A stretch of 26,671 nucleotides of DNA from Myxococcales bacterium (GTDB taxonomy: Bacteria; Myxococcota_A; UBA9042). The translations under genes and the position numbers were made by a program. The stretch spans positions 1 through 26,671 of the forward strand of contig JBBISH010000089.1 of assembly GCA_037441385.1 (NCBI GenBank). Direction: 5' to 3'. The notes under the pieces were generated by a model that was not told the DNA's origin, did not search any database, and saw only the letters and a program-made list of their open reading frames with translations. The first letter of the stretch is position 1; every line of letters starts with the position of its first letter. Positions 25,246-26,671 of this stretch are shown here, one piece after another.

Positions 25246-26394
25246 ATGGACCCAACCGCGAACCCCAACGAACTAGCCGACCCGCCACCGTCGGCGCTGC
25301 TCCCCGTGCCCGTCGATCCTTTGGCTCAGCCGTCTTCGCGCGCGTGCCGCGCCAGCCACGACCGCCGCCTGGAGCGGATCGCCAAGTCGCCGCGCTGGCT
25401 GGGCAAGACCTTTGCCAACACCAACCGCGTCGAGCTGTCGGTCAACCCGCTGGACTTGCGCATGGCCGCCGACTTCGCCTTTGGCGGCAAGAAGCGCGCG
25501 CCCAAGGGCACGATCCCCCTGGATCCCACCACCAAAGTGCGACTGGACGGGGCGCCGGCGCGCGGCCTGCGCCTGACTTGGCTGGGGCACTCGACCGTGC
25601 TGATCGAGATCGACGGCCTGCGCCTGCTGACCGACCCGGTGTGGGGCCTGCGCGCCAGCCCGGTTTCCTTTGCCGGCCCCAAGCGTTACCACCCCATGCC
25701 GCTGGCGCTGGCCGACCTGGGGCGCATCGACGCCATCGTGCTGAGCCACGACCACTACGACCACCTGTGCGCGTCCACTTGGCGCAAGCTGGCCCGCGGC
25801 GAGGCGCCGGGCTGGAGCGGCCGCGTCATCACCGCGCTGGGCGTGGGCGCGCACCTGGAGCGGCTGGGCCTGAAACCCGAGCAAATCACCGAGTTGGACT
25901 GGGGCGACGGCACCTGGGTCGAGTCTGCCGGGCAGCGCGTGCAGGTGCTGGCGACTCCCGCGCAGCACTTCAGTGGCCGGGCAGCGACCGACCGCAACCG
26001 CACGCTGTGGGCCGGGTTGGCGGTGCTGGGCCCCAGGCATCGCGTGTTCTTTTCGGGCGATACGGGCCCCACCGCCGAGCACGCCGACATCGGCGCCAGC
26101 CTGGGGCCGTTTGACGCGGTGCTGTTCGAGATCGGCGCCTGGCACCCGGCCTGGGGCGTCATCCACATGGGCCCGGCGGCCGCGTTCCAGGCGTTTGCCG
26201 CGATGGGCGCCCGCGCGCTTCTGCCCGTGCACTGGGGCACTTTTGACCTGGCCCTGCACCACTGGGCCGAGCCGGCCGAGACGCTGTGGCAGCTGGCGCA
26301 AGCGCAGCAGGCCCAGGTCTGGCAGCCGCGGGTGGGCGCGAGCGTGGAGCCGGGGGCAGTGGTGCAAGAGGCTTGGTGGCGGGAAGTCGGGTAG
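25246..26394 (+). CDS. MBL-fold metallohydrolase (RomA / NAPE-PLD-like)
   Basis: TWLGHSTVLIE, LTDPVW, LSHDHYDHL, PAQHFSGR, FFSGDTG, HMGP and PVHWGTFDL. Confidence 0.92.
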   Translation: MDPTANPNELADPPPSALLPVPVDPLAQPSSRACRASHDRRLERIAKSPRWLGKTFANTNRVELSVNPLDLRMAADFAFGGKKRAPKGTIPLDPTTKVRLDGAPARGLRLTWLGHSTVLIEIDGLRLLTDPVWGLRASPVSFAGPKRYHPMPLALADLGRIDAIVLSHDHYDHLCASTWRKLARGEAPGWSGRVITALGVGAHLERLGLKPEQITELDWGDGTWVESAGQRVQVLATPAQHFSGRAATDRNRTLWAGLAVLGPRHRVFFSGDTGPTAEHADIGASLGPFDAVLFEIGAWHPAWGVIHMGPAAAFQAFAAMGARALLPVHWGTFDLALHHWAEPAETLWQLAQAQQAQVWQPRVGASVEPGAVVQEAWWREVG

Positions 26395-26566
26395 CTCGCT
26401 GAGGCGATGGGGCGCCTGCCAGAAAGCGCAGCGGCTTGATGGCTGTTTGACCCGGAGCGCCTCCAGGCAGAGCTGCCTTCGGGCCGCGGCGCCTAGAGCA
26501 CCAATCATGATTCTCAAAGCTCCAGAGCAACGGGACAACTCGCAGGCAAAAACTCGTTGCTGCTCA

Positions 26567-26671
26567 GAGGGTGTGTACAAAAATTTTGACAGATCGCCGG
26601 ACCGTGCGAAACCACCGCCAGACGAGCGGAGGTCAACATGGGCAAGGCGTACACGCAGGAGCAAAGGCAGG
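26567..26671 (+). mobile_element. Possible left end of an insertion sequence with the first 11 codons of an ORF (MGKAYTQEQRQ, 26638..>26671)
   Basis: AT-rich GAGGGTGTGTACAAAAATTTTGACAG is atypical for this DNA. GGAGG (26628-26632) precedes ATG 26638. The peptide resembles the YxxExR start of transposase HTH domains. Truncated by the window edge. Confidence 0.35.

Overview
GC-rich bacterial DNA whose gene content points to Myxococcota or a related deltaproteobacterium: Cys-rich CDDGNxCT repeat protein, TPR protein, Hanks-type Ser/Thr kinase and several lipoproteins. This lineage is inferred, not proven. There are 18 likely protein genes, the first cut off by the window edge: Cys-repeat surface protein, TPR protein, membrane Ser/Thr kinase, PHP-like lipoprotein, fadH, glutathione peroxidase, alpha/beta hydrolase, RhlE-type DEAD-box helicase, small Cys-rich lipoprotein, membrane protein of unknown function, GST, P-loop protein, CAP-domain lipoprotein, metallophosphoesterase, MFS-like protein, Rid/FkbO-like enzyme, fibre-like secreted protein and MBL hydrolase. 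A possible IS end with the start of an ORF lies at the right edge. I found no rRNA, tRNA or CRISPR array. The most striking signal the genes do not explain is a family of short palindromic MITE-like elements, with five copies in two exact size classes (133-134 nt and 66 nt) that differ by a 67-nt hairpin cassette. One copy is nested inside another with a TA duplication. Another sits in frame (135 nt, 45 codons) inside a lipoprotein signal peptide. The helicase also has a long, highly structured 5' leader. All alignments and folds were done by eye.
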